Part shown: one piece after another, positions 42,561 to 53,528 of the stretch
Position numbering within the stretch: position 1 is the first letter of the stretch
Layout of the letters: each line of letters starts with the position of its first letter
DNA from: Histomonas meleagridis 2922-C6/04-290x
Lineage: Eukaryota; Protista; Parabasalia
Length of the DNA: 64,000 nucleotides
Assembly: GCA_020184695.1 (NCBI GenBank)
Contig: JAANOX010000142.1
Coordinates: 186,001 to 250,000, forward strand
Direction of reading: 5' to 3'
The notes under the pieces: model-generated
Seen by the model: only the letters and a program-made list of their open reading frames with translations
Told to the model about the DNA's origin: nothing
The model's database searches: none
Program-made: the position numbers and the translations under genes

Positions 42561-44372
42561 TTGGAGGAAAATCCAGATTTGAAGAATTTACTAAATGAAA
42601 TCTTAGACTCAAACAAAGGGGAAGACGACACACTAAACCAGGCTAGAAAGTTATTAAATTTATGGGTTGATCAAACAGATGCATTTGCCGAACCAAAACC
42701 TCGTAACCAAAAAAATAAAGAACCTCGGAAAGCCGTCTACCGTAAGCTAGATGCGCCTTTAGTTGTTGCCAAAAAGAAAACATATCGTCCATCAACAGAT
42801 CCCACTTTAATAATGGAAGCTCGTCATGCACGCATTAAAGAAATGAAAGCTCAAAGGCTAGAAAGAGCAGCTGCAAAACAGAGAGAAATTCCTCGTCAAG
42901 CTCCTCAAACACTTGTTGAAATTCCTGATATCGATGCAGAGATTAAATCTCATCGAACCAAAATTGCTCAAACTCTCAAAGCTAAAAATGAGGAAATTGA
43001 AGAGCGTGAACGACACTCGATTAAAGTTCGTAAAATAGAGCAAAGTTTATTGGAACGTTCAATGCCAAAAGAAAAGCAATCACAAACTCGATTTAAAGCA
43101 AATTCGCATGACGAATCACTCAAAATTCGTCTTCAACTTCTTTTTAAGAATCAAATTCTTCGTATTGAACGTCACACATTCAACATTTGGTCATCGAAAT
43201 GCAGATTTCAATCAAAAGCATTTGAAAGAGCCAAATGTTTCAGTGACTTTAGAACAAAATCGTTATATTTTTCATTGTGGAAGAAGCGATTACGTCAAAT
43301 ACAAAATCAAAAGGAACTTGATTTGCTTGAATTCAATCTTCGAAGAAAGAAAGCTCTTGAAGAAACTTCGTATTCAATGTACATTGAAAAGGCGCTCAGA
43401 AAAGCTTTCACAAAGTGGCGTTCAAGATATAGAGCTTCCATTGCCCAGAAAATCGTTGAAGAGCAGCATTCAAAAAGACGTTTATTTTTTGAAGGAAAAA
43501 TAACCGAAAATAAACGGTCAACTTCATCGGCAACTCCCAAACCGCCAAAAGCTTCACCCAAAACTGCAGCAAAAAGGAAAATTAAACAAATAACAGTCGA
43601 TCCAAAGATCGAAGAAATGACGAAAAGAATGGAAGAAACTAAATTGAGGCGAATTGAAAAAGCGCAAAAAGATGCAGAAATTGCACAGAAACAAGAAGAA
43701 GAAAAGTTAAAGAAAAAATTAGAAAATCAAAGAATACTCAAAAATAAGCATAGAGAATATCTTGAAAGAGAGAAAATGAAAAGAGATGAAATTCGACAAC
43801 GACAAATTCAATATGAAAAAGAAATCCAAAGGCGAAAATATTGTAATTCTGCTGCAGAAGAATTTCGATCCAAAATGTTAAAGTATAATCATTTTGTTCA
43901 ATGGGAAAAAATCAAAAAAATACGAAAAACTTTTGAAATTACTTCTGTTAATCACTATAATCAAAATCTTCTTAAGAAATCACTTAAAGGATTCCAAGAA
44001 AACATAAAAATGCGGAATCAAGAGAAAGAAGATAAAGCAAATAAATTTTATGATGATACATTAAAACTAAAATGCATTATTGCTTGGACTAAATGCGTAA
44101 ATGAAACTAAAAACTTGCAAAAACAAATTATTGAAAAAAGTGAATTTTACTTGAAGCTATCGGCATTCAAAAAGCTTGTTGTAAAGTATAGAAAAAGCGT
44201 GAACGATAAAAATACGATAGCAATCCAACATGCAAATTATACTTTGATGAAACGTTTCTTTAAGAAATGGCCTTTGGGATGTGCCGCCCTGATAGAAGAA
44301 GAACAGAGAGAAAACACAAGAAAAGAGTTAATGAAAAAAGCATTGAAGTATTTGGAAGAGCTCGATTTATAA
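42561..44372 (+). CDS. CCDC191-like coiled-coil protein
   Basis: MEARHARIKEMK and Sfi1-like ...F..W repeats. The ORF starts at TTG; the first in-frame ATG is codon 85. Confidence 0.6.
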   Translation: MEENPDLKNLLNEILDSNKGEDDTLNQARKLLNLWVDQTDAFAEPKPRNQKNKEPRKAVYRKLDAPLVVAKKKTYRPSTDPTLIMEARHARIKEMKAQRLERAAAKQREIPRQAPQTLVEIPDIDAEIKSHRTKIAQTLKAKNEEIEERERHSIKVRKIEQSLLERSMPKEKQSQTRFKANSHDESLKIRLQLLFKNQILRIERHTFNIWSSKCRFQSKAFERAKCFSDFRTKSLYFSLWKKRLRQIQNQKELDLLEFNLRRKKALEETSYSMYIEKALRKAFTKWRSRYRASIAQKIVEEQHSKRRLFFEGKITENKRSTSSATPKPPKASPKTAAKRKIKQITVDPKIEEMTKRMEETKLRRIEKAQKDAEIAQKQEEEKLKKKLENQRILKNKHREYLEREKMKRDEIRQRQIQYEKEIQRRKYCNSAAEEFRSKMLKYNHFVQWEKIKKIRKTFEITSVNHYNQNLLKKSLKGFQENIKMRNQEKEDKANKFYDDTLKLKCIIAWTKCVNETKNLQKQIIEKSEFYLKLSAFKKLVVKYRKSVNDKNTIAIQHANYTLMKRFFKKWPLGCAALIEEEQRENTRKELMKKALKYLEELDL

Positions 44373-44479
44373 ACATATCTGTTTCTATAAATTAAAATTA
44401 TATTTTTTGTTTCTAATTAAAAAAAAAAACTTTTGGATTTTTTTTCTTGAACTTCTGTTTTTAATTGTTTTTTGCAGAA

Positions 44480-44888
44480 ATAAATTTCCAAAGATCCTTC
44501 ATTATCCAATCCTAAAACTACTGATCCCGAACATGCCTTTACATGTGAGATATGTTATTGCGATTATCCAGCCAAAGATATGTATCAACTTCGTTGTTGT
44601 CATTTTTTTGTGTTGGTTGTTGGCGAGCCCATAATAAAACCAAAATCAGTTCCCAATCACAAATTCCGTGTCAAATGAAAGGGTGTAAATGTCTTCTTCC
44701 ACCAAATTCAGTTGAATTTTTATGTGGAAAAGAAGCTCAGCAAAGATTATTATGAACAAGTATATCTTGCTGACACCTTACGAACTGCCCAAATCCGCGC
44801 TGCTCACGCCCTATCAACATACTTCACTGCAAAAACATCTTCAACGTCTTAACGTGCGCCTGCGGTTATGACTTTTGCGCCATTTGTG
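44480..44888 (+). pseudogene. Ariadne-type RBR E3 ligase, 5' fragment (RING1 plus most of IBR)
   Basis: CEICYCD...RCCHFFCVGCW...CQMKGC, then CPNPRC...CACGYDFCAIC. One frameshift in a T-run and two TGA stops. Confidence 0.85.
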
Positions 44889-44897
44889 GAATTAATT

Positions 44898-45407
44898 AAT
44901 TTCATTTTCGTTAATTCTGTCTTAAGTTGCGTTGAAGTTTCGATATTTCGTCGTCGTATTGAGTATCATATTTTGAATTCTTCCCTTTGTATGTGTGGTA
45001 ATAAAATCAATTTCAAACTATTCATTTTTCTCTTCAATAATAATGCTTGATCCGCTTGTTCACGTTTCTTATTTAATGTTGGAATACTTATAATTGACGT
45101 TCGCTTTCTTACCTTGGGCAGACGTGCTAACGTTTCTGATAACATTTCTTTTTCATCTTGATCTAATTCAATCGGAACTGGATATGATTTAAGTGTTTCA
45201 TATTTGGGAAGCATTACGTGTGAAACTACTGGTCATTATCTTCATAATGTGTATAGAATTGGCTTTATCAACTAATTAATGATACCCCTGGTCTTCAACA
45301 TTGGTTTAAACCTCCTCAATTAAATATTTTCATCTTATTGTTTTACCAAATTTTTAATTTGATTTTTTTTGATAATGTTTCATGTCACATGTCTATAAAT
45401 ATAACAC
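44898..45407. repeat. Copy 1 of a local duplication (partner 49557-50123), with an internal deletion of about 60 nt
   Basis: Near-identical sequence to 49557-50123. Confidence 0.95.
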
Positions 45408-45938
45408 GTGAAGTGATTTAACGTCTTTATAAAAAAATTTAAATTTACAATTTATGGTTTTATGCTTCTTAACACTCATTTCTAAAATAATTTTACAATA
45501 AATAAACATTTTTAAATTTATATTCATTTTTATTTTATAGTATTAATTTTTTGTTATATTGAACTCATTAATTTTCTTCATCATTTATGAATTGATTTAT
45601 TACTTTCGCTTTACTTTTTAAATTTGAATATGTTATTTTACCATTGGCACTTATTTTTTTTATTGATTGATAATGAGTTACATGTTAATTAAGTGTAAGT
45701 GTGAAAGTTATAGTAAATAAGCATATGTTCTTTGATATTTATACCTCATTCTAAATCGCATTGAATGTATTAAAGATATTTGATCATATCCATTTAATAT
45801 CATTACAAAAGTTTTAAAGTTAATATTAACATGATGTAATGCATTAATGTTATGTATCATCAAAATATTTTATATCAAAAGACTCATATAATATTTATAA
45901 TTATCATTACAAAATGTACAAATATCTAATATTGAAAA

Positions 45939-47819
45939 TTATATTTGTTCAATGAATTTTTCTTCTTGAAAATCTTCAGCAAATGGATCTTCTTCAATAT
46001 TTATGTTACTTATTCCTGTAGTAAATGTATTCGTCGTTTCGTTTTCATTTTGTTCTGATTTATCATTTTCATAAATTTCTTCTTTTATATTTCGAATATG
46101 TTTCAATAATATAATTAATAATATGATAATAACCATTACAATAACGATTACACAAACAGAAATGATAATAATTATTGTTTTATTGTCGTTATTTTGATTA
46201 TCATTATTATCAGTGTAAAACATTGTAAAGAAATTGGAATAATAATTATAATAAGTCAAATAAATAACAATCGTATAATTGTAATAAATAAATTCTGTTT
46301 CAATATATGAAAATGTCGAATTATTTATATATAATGAAAATGATTTCGTTTTTGTTTCATAAATAGTTAATGAATGTGTAATTGATAATGTAACTGTTAA
46401 TGTATATGAAAATGAAAATGATAATGAAATATCACTTTGAAGTGATCCAGTAAATGTATTCGAAATAGAAAATGTATTCGATTGACTAAATGAATATAAT
46501 TCTGAGAATGAAATTGAATCTGAGTGTGTATATGTATTTGATTTTGTAAATGTATTCGATTGACTAAATGAATGTGTTGGAAGTGGTTCGCATGTTCCTT
46601 CTTTGTTTTCTTTGTCAACATCTAAATTTTCAAATTTACTTCCTACATATGTTGGATATGTGATAACACTTCTTGATACATTATAAAATGCACCTTCACC
46701 AATTTCTGGTTCTGAATCTCCATAATAATAAATGCATTGAAGATTATAACAATTACCAAATGCTGAACCTCCAATTTCTCTTATTCCATATCCAAGTGTT
46801 AATATCGTTAAATTAGAACATGATGAAAATGCTGAACTTCCAATTGTTGTAACTGAATTTGGAATTGTAATGTTTTTGATTGATGAACACAATGAAAATG
46901 ATGAACCACCAATTGTTGTAACATTTTCTCCAAATATAATCGTTTCTAAATTAAAACATGACGAAAACACTGAACCTCCAATATTTGATACTGAGTTACC
47001 AAAATCAACTGAAACAACTGAAGCCCATGCTGAAAATGAATTACTTGGAATTTCATATATATATTCACTGATAATTATAAATTTCGCTATATTTTGATAA
47101 TGAGAAATTTCATTAAATTCATTTGAATTTATGATTGTAAGTGTTAAATTATCTTCATTATATATTTGATAAGAGTTCATGAAAAACACAACAAAAATTA
47201 AAATATTTTTCTGATTTTTCTTTTCGCTTGCTTTCAATTCATTGTTGAACAAAAACAACTTCTTCAAAACTAACTTTTTCTGAAATAAATTGATATAAAC
47301 TTCCAATATCATTGAAAAAAATGCGGTTAAACGAATAAAAGCATTGAATTTATTTGGTCGGTCTTTGTCGTTTTGCATCAACGAAAAACAAAGAAATTTA
47401 CGATGGATTAAAGGTATATTCTCATAACATCTAAACATTATTCGTCTTGACATATTGTTTTCAACAAAGATTCTGGTTAAAAAGGATTTATTTTGTGTAA
47501 ATGAATAATATGATTCTGGGAATTTTATTTTGTCATTAAAATCATGAAGTACCATTGATGGAAACTTACTGTCTGTCATGAAATTTAAGAATAAACCAGT
47601 TTTAACGATAGAAGAATTATTGTTAAATATATCAGAATTTTCGATATTAACTTCAAAGATTGAATCTTTTGCTTTGTGTGTATGAGTGAGACCTTCTTTG
47701 CTTAGGTTCTTTTTCATATTTGATATTTTTGTGGTCGCAAAAAATGGAAATCCTGGTATTGTATCGGCTCTATATTGCTTTGCTACGTTCGAAATGAACA
47801 GTAAATGAAGGATTTTCAT
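45939..47819 (-). CDS. BspA: Chimeric BspA-like type I membrane protein (unrelated N-terminal 205 aa, then LRR_5, stalk, TM and tail)
   Basis: LRR_5 units (IPNSVTTIGSSAFSSCSNL), CIYYYGDSEP cap, TFTKSN-type stalk, TM helix, tail ending EEDPFAEDFQEEKFIEQI. Confidence 0.85.
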   Translation of the reverse strand: MKILHLLFISNVAKQYRADTIPGFPFFATTKISNMKKNLSKEGLTHTHKAKDSIFEVNIENSDIFNNNSSIVKTGLFLNFMTDSKFPSMVLHDFNDKIKFPESYYSFTQNKSFLTRIFVENNMSRRIMFRCYENIPLIHRKFLCFSLMQNDKDRPNKFNAFIRLTAFFSMILEVYINLFQKKLVLKKLFLFNNELKASEKKNQKNILIFVVFFMNSYQIYNEDNLTLTIINSNEFNEISHYQNIAKFIIISEYIYEIPSNSFSAWASVVSVDFGNSVSNIGGSVFSSCFNLETIIFGENVTTIGGSSFSLCSSIKNITIPNSVTTIGSSAFSSCSNLTILTLGYGIREIGGSAFGNCYNLQCIYYYGDSEPEIGEGAFYNVSRSVITYPTYVGSKFENLDVDKENKEGTCEPLPTHSFSQSNTFTKSNTYTHSDSISFSELYSFSQSNTFSISNTFTGSLQSDISLSFSFSYTLTVTLSITHSLTIYETKTKSFSLYINNSTFSYIETEFIYYNYTIVIYLTYYNYYSNFFTMFYTDNNDNQNNDNKTIIIIISVCVIVIVMVIIILLIILLKHIRNIKEEIYENDKSEQNENETTNTFTTGISNINIEEDPFAEDFQEEKFIEQI

Positions 47820-48174
47820 GGTTCAGCTTATAAGATACTTACAGACCTTTACTAAATACACATCGGCCAATACAAAAGTTAAAAATCACACGGTTAATTA
47901 TTAAAAAATTTTGTTGTTTTCTTGAAGTTTTTCAATTTAACACTGAATTTTGTTTCAATATTTAAAGGCACACATAAAAGATGCTGCTTTAAATGGTTAT
48001 AAAGCCACTTTTATATAATATAATAAATGCAACGTGATAGAGCTGAATTTGGTGATTAAAATGGTGTGTTTTTGATGTTATTAAACATTTTTTATCGTTA
48101 TTAAATTAATGATTTGCAATAGACATGATTTAAACATCTCATTATATACATATGATTATATTGTATGATATAAT

Positions 48175-48830
48175 TATTAGTTTAAATCATTTGGTTCTGT
48201 TTCACTATAATAATAAATGATTTTGAGATTATTTACACCCTGAAATTGCAAATTCAAATTTATTTAACTCCTTCTTCAATATTAAATAGAGCATGTGTAA
48301 AATGCATATGATCCAATTGTTTTAATTGTTCCTGGAATTGTAATATTTGGCAACGAAGTGTATGATGCAGATGCTGTTTCTCCAATTGTTTCAACGCCTT
48401 CTTCGATATTATCTGTAATCAAATCGGAACATAAATATTATGCTCTTGATTCAATTGTTTTAATTTTATTTGGAATTGTAATATTTCGTATTGAAGATCT
48501 TCAAATGATAATGATCAAATGGTTGTGACAGTGTTTGGAAATGATATTGTTTCTTCACCATTTGAATACTAATGAAGTTCTGTGATGTTTTTGTTATAAA
48601 GATTTCCATCATTCTCATAATTAGAATATTTTGAATTATTTAATGATACATTATCATCCTGAAAATGCAGTGTTTGAAATTGATGTAATTGAAATATTTG
48701 GGAATGATTTACATTGTTGCTAAACATATTCACAAATTCCTTCAACTCCTTCTTCAATAGTGATTGATGTCAAAATATAACACTCTCTAAATGATTTACT
48801 GCTGATTGTTTTTCTGTAAAAGGAATTAAG
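48175..48830 (-). pseudogene. BspA-like pseudogene
   Basis: Broken units SITIEEGVEGI, NITIPNKIKTIES, IEEGVETIGET, IPGTIKTIGSYAF, IIYYYSETEP. Confidence 0.8.
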
Positions 48831-48959
48831 AAAAGAAACACATCGAAATTATAACTTTCAAGAAATCCATTAAAGTGGAAGTACTTCTCTGAACATTATT
48901 TAAATTATGAGTTTATAGGGAAGATCTGTTAATGAAATTAAATTTCTTTTATTTATTCC

Positions 48960-49929
48960 TTTTCCTTTTCCTTCAAGAATCAACCGATATTCAGGTGCAG
49001 CGCGGCTGCTTCGTCTTCACATTTTTGAATTTCATGTTGAATTGTTTCAAATCGAATTTTTAATATCTTTTCTTCTAATTCTGAATCTGTTGATAAATTT
49101 ATTCTTTAACATGTAATTCCACTTGATGATTTAATTCATTAATATTAATGCGACTTATGCTGATAATTGTTACTTCATTCGAAAATTTTCGTATATTTCA
49201 TTTGAGCGAATTCTTCAGTCTTCGATTTAATTAATGATTCAGCTTCAACAAGTAATTCTTTGGTAACGCCAATTCAGAATAAAATTTAAATTTGTTTTGA
49301 TCAACGTTTTCTTTCTTCAGATGTTTAATTGCATCTTTCGAGTGATTTAATAATGAAATATTTCGGAAGTTTTCCTTTTGCTTATCAATATTAATATCGT
49401 CGAAATATTCTTTTTCATGAAGTTACTTTCGTTATCATTTAAATGTTGATGATTTCGATATCACATTTTGGATATGTCGAAGTGATCCAATGTTTTTAAG
49501 TTCTTCTTCATTAATTCGAGGTAATGGTAATATAAGTTCAGCATTGATTAACAAATAATTTCATTTTGTTAATTCTCTCTTAAGTTGCGGAATTGTAACT
49601 TCTTTCCGTTGTTTCTTCTCTTGAATATTGTTCTTAATGCGTCGAATTAGTTGAAGTTTCGCTATTTCGTCGTCGTATTGAGTATCATATTTTGAATTCT
49701 TCGCTTTGTGCGATGATAACATCAATTTCAAACTATTCATTTTTCTCTTCAATAATAATGCTTGATCCGCTTGTTCACGTTTCTTATTTAATGTTGGAAC
49801 ACTTATAATTGACGTTCGCTTTCTTACCTTGGGCAGACGTGCTAACGTTTCTGATAACATTTCTTTTTCATCTTGATCTAATTCAATCGGAACTGGATAT
49901 GATTTAAGTGTTTCATATTTGGGAAGCAT
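48960..49929 (-). pseudogene. Frameshifted coiled-coil gene (MLPKYE...)
   Basis: ORF 49561..49929 continues in another frame (MNYLLINAELILPLPRINEEEL...) with further breaks. Confidence 0.55.
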
Positions 49930-50123
49930 TACGTGTGAAACTACTGGTCATTATCTTCATAATGTGTATAGAATTGGCTTTATCAACTAATTAATGATAC
50001 CCCTGGTCTTCAACATTGGTTTAAACCTCCTCAATTAAATATTTTCATCTTATTGTTTTACCAAATTTTTATTTTGATTTTTTTTTGATAATGTTTCATG
50101 TCACATGTCTATAAATATAACAC
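49557..50123. repeat. Copy 2 of the local duplication
   Basis: Near-identical to 44898-45407, without the deletion. Confidence 0.95.
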
Positions 50124-50430
50124 ATGAATTCTGTTGGATGTGCTTAAAGCCATTGAGTACCCATCCAAAAACGATATATATTTGTGATGCAAATAAAGAA
50201 GAAGATGACCCATACAAAAAGATCAGCGATTAACCCAAGTTTTTTCGAACACTACCACGACCCATTTACACGGTACCAACTAACAGTTCGAAGGCACATT
50301 GAACAAAAAGATGATTTGATCAAATCATAATATGGTCTTAGACTTAAGTATCCCAGAAGACGAATATGAACAAGAAGTAACAAATTTGATTAACCAAATC
50401 ATTAAAGGATTCGAAAACTCATTTTGCTAA
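49934..50430 (+). pseudogene. Ariadne RBR ligase, 3' fragment (IBR end, linker, RING2, start of Ariadne domain)
   Basis: CETTGHY..C..NWL...HW, then HEFCWMCLKPLSTH...YIC, then FFEHYHDPFTRY. Confidence 0.75.
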
Positions 50431-50848
50431 GCACTTGTTTTTCTATTTATAAAAATTATGTGAATGTGAATTTTTGCTTACAGTTTAAATTTTAATGAAT
50501 GTTGAAAACGAGGTGAAGTGAAATTTGTAATCTCGTTTATAAGAAAAAAATTTATGCTTTGCATAAAAATATATCATATGATATATTAAGGAAAGGAAGA
50601 CACTAACAACTTGGTTCATATATATTGGATATCATGTATACAATTTTTGTTTGCATCATATCTCAATATAGAAAAATAATTGTATAATTTTCCAAAACAT
50701 TTAATTCATAAAACAAGAATGTGATTCTTGTTTCATCAGCTTTGCTCCTCAAACAAAAAGAAGTTTTATAATTAACACATTTGAAATTCAAAGACGTTTA
50801 TGAAAATTTTTAAACGTACGGTTATTTTTCCCAAGATCTTTCTGTAAG

Positions 50849-51526
50849 ATGTCTGAAAATGATTCATCTTTCATAAACGCAATTAGAAGACCATCGAAAC
50901 CACCATCTCCTCAAAAGATGAACCAAATTTTTTCTGATATGAATAATGGTCTTATTCAAGCATTGCAAACACAAAAAATGAGCTACGAATGTTTACAACA
51001 CAAAACAACAGAACTAAACAAAATGAAAGTAATGCTACATAGAAAGATTGAAGAAACAGAATCTTTAGTTAAACAAGAAAAGAAAAAACAGATGAAACGA
51101 CTTCAAGAAGCAAGTTTAGAAACAGAAGTAAATCAAATACGTAATCAACCATTATTCGATAAAAAATCATTGGAACATCTGAAAATGTATCTAGCTCAGT
51201 TGAGAGCAGAAACCAATGAAATCGGTTTCCAATTCAACAACGAGTGTGAAGAATTTAAAAAACAGATGAAAATTCAAAAGAGCATCGCAAGCAAAATTGT
51301 ATTGAAGATGAATAATTATAAAATAGATGGGGTTAAAGAGTGCTTGAACATTGTGAGCGGTAAGAACAAAGCACAATTGTTGATTTCAGATAATTCTCAA
51401 TCAAATAGAGACATTCAGAATTTTTTGGATAAAAATAAATATATTGAACAAAAGTCTGAAGTGACATTATCTTTTAGTAACTTTCTTACTAAATGGTTTG
51501 TTGAAAATGCAAGTTTACTCAAATAA
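50849..51526 (+). CDS. Coiled-coil hypothetical protein (225 aa)
   Basis: Intact ATG ORF; TACGGTTA at 50817 upstream; TAAA stop. Confidence 0.8.
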   Translation: MSENDSSFINAIRRPSKPPSPQKMNQIFSDMNNGLIQALQTQKMSYECLQHKTTELNKMKVMLHRKIEETESLVKQEKKKQMKRLQEASLETEVNQIRNQPLFDKKSLEHLKMYLAQLRAETNEIGFQFNNECEEFKKQMKIQKSIASKIVLKMNNYKIDGVKECLNIVSGKNKAQLLISDNSQSNRDIQNFLDKNKYIEQKSEVTLSFSNFLTKWFVENASLLK

Positions 51527-52253
51527 ATGCACTCGAGCTATTTTTCACTTTTTATCAGCTTTTTGATTACTTTATTTTTCAAATTCTGAACAAAAGCTAC
51601 CAAAATAACCGTAAAGTTTCTCAAACCAAAATTAGACGTTATGCAACTCCAAATAACGTATTTTTAACGTGCAATTTTTATTATTTTCATTTTTCTCTCT
51701 CGGAAGAAATAATAGAAAAGGCTTAATATGAAATTAATAATTGATTATATCAGTTCTTTGAAATGGTATTGGTTTAGTTATTAAAACTACAAATTTTAAG
51801 GAAGATCACCTGATGTTAACATCTTTTGTCATATTTTTATATCACCTTAATAAAATTTATTAAATTTTGTATATTATACTATATACTCTTAGTTATTGTT
51901 CGGATTTATAGTGCCCGCACTTTTGCCGATAGTGTACACGGGAGCAAAAGGAAGATAAAAATAAGCTAAGTAAATGCATTTCATGATCAATTTGATGAGT
52001 TTTATGCAATTCATGTCAATCTGTTGAATAAAAATGCTTTATAATTTGAATTCGAATTAAATTTTTGAATTAACTTTGATCGTTATTGAAAAGCAGAAGT
52101 TCGTTTTATACGACGAACCACTTGGTATTATGAATGTCATAAGCACAGGAGATAAAAAATTAAATAATTTGTCAAGCTGCTTGAAATTTTTAATTAAGCT
52201 TGAGAAAAATATATACCGTTTAACCGAAGAAAACTGCGAGGCTTCAGTTAAAA

Positions 52254-52744
52254 AATGAAAAAAGAATTTATTTTAATAATTTATAATATGTTTTAAAAAT
52301 TTGAAATATGTTTTAATAATTTTATATATGTTTTAATGATTTGGAATATGTTTTAATAATTTAGAATATGTTTTAATAATTTAGAATATGTTTTAATAAT
52401 TTGAAACAGCACTTCATATAGCAGTTAGAAATAATAATATAGAAATAGTAAAATTACTTTTAGATAAAGAAGGAATTGATGTTAATGAAAAAAGAATTTA
52501 TTTTAATAATTTATAATATGTTTTAATAATTTTATATATGTTTTAATAATTTATAATATGTTTTAATAATTTTATATATGTTTTAATAATTTGGAATATG
52601 TTTTAATGATTTGGAATATGTTTTGATAATTTGAAATACGTTTTAATAATTTATAATACGTTTTAACAATATTTGACACCACTTCAAATTGCACAACAAA
52701 ACAGTTATACAGAAATAGTAAATTTACTTTGTGAAAAATTATAA
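52254..52744 (+). other. Ankyrin-repeat gene 3' fragment with two AT-rich inserts between repeats
   Basis: NEKR-[insert]-ETALHIAVRNNNIEIVKLLLDKEGIDVNEKR-[insert]-TPLQIAQQNSYTEIVNLLCEKL*. Confidence 0.85.
52266..52675 (+). repeat. Two arrays (about 7 and 9 units) of a 20-nt tandem repeat ATGTTTTAATAATTTRKAAT
   Basis: Direct reading; the arrays sit only within the ankyrin inserts. Confidence 0.9.
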
Positions 52745-52749
52745 TTCAG

Positions 52750-53528
52750 AGTCTCCTTCTACAAACACCAAATCTTCATTTTCAATAAGAGATGGAAATG
52801 AAGCTTATATTGCTGTTAGAATTTACCAAAACAAAGATGAATTTTTTGATAATAATTTCAATAATTTTTTTTTAACAACTGCCATTGTGAGAATATCTTC
52901 CATAAGAGATTATATTATTAAATCACAGAAAAAAATAAACCAATATTAAAGTGGCAATAATCTTAAATTTGATTTTTTTTTAAATATTTTTGTGAAATCA
53001 AACAACCATAAGAATTTTTTGTCTGGTGTTTTCTTTGATGAAGGAAAAAAATGCAATAATTATTTTATTTGAATCCGAAATGAAAGTATCATATTTTCCT
53101 TTGTGTTGGAGTTACGTAGTTGATGTTCCAAAATGAATCTCAAATAAATTTCAAGATATTTGAAATATTTTTTCAAATCTGTTTTAATTTTATATTTAAC
53201 ATTATTGTAAGTGAAAAGAATCATGTTTTATTATTAAGTTCCGATTTTTGCCAAGATTTGTGTTTAATTACAAGAAAATATTTATAAATTAAAGAATCAA
53301 GATAATACAAATTTAGTATTTGCTAATGTTTGGGATAGAGAACATTTTGAACTTAATGCTTCTTTCAGTGATAATAAGCCAAGATTTATTGGGTTAAATA
53401 ATGATTTTTATGATAAGACAACTGTATTATTTAATCCTCCTACAGATGGTAATACATTTAATATAACTTTTGGTAATGATAATAAAGTATTAATATATCC
53501 AAGATATTGTAAATTTATTATACAATAA
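52750..53528 (+). pseudogene. Decayed gene, possibly of Maverick/Polinton origin
   Basis: Segment NLVFANVWDREHFELNASFSDNKPRFIGLNNDFYDKTTVLFNPP...YCKFIIQ resembles, from memory, trichomonad Maverick hypothetical ORFs. Unverified. Confidence 0.4.

Noticed and set aside
44420-44480. T-rich tract ending TTTGCAG as a spliceosomal acceptor for the Ariadne fragment
   Set aside because: No ACTAAC branch motif or upstream donor and exon; more likely 3' flank of the preceding gene.
52266-52675. 20-nt repeat arrays as a CRISPR array
   Set aside because: Units are directly tandem with no unique spacers, there are no cas genes, and the context is eukaryotic.
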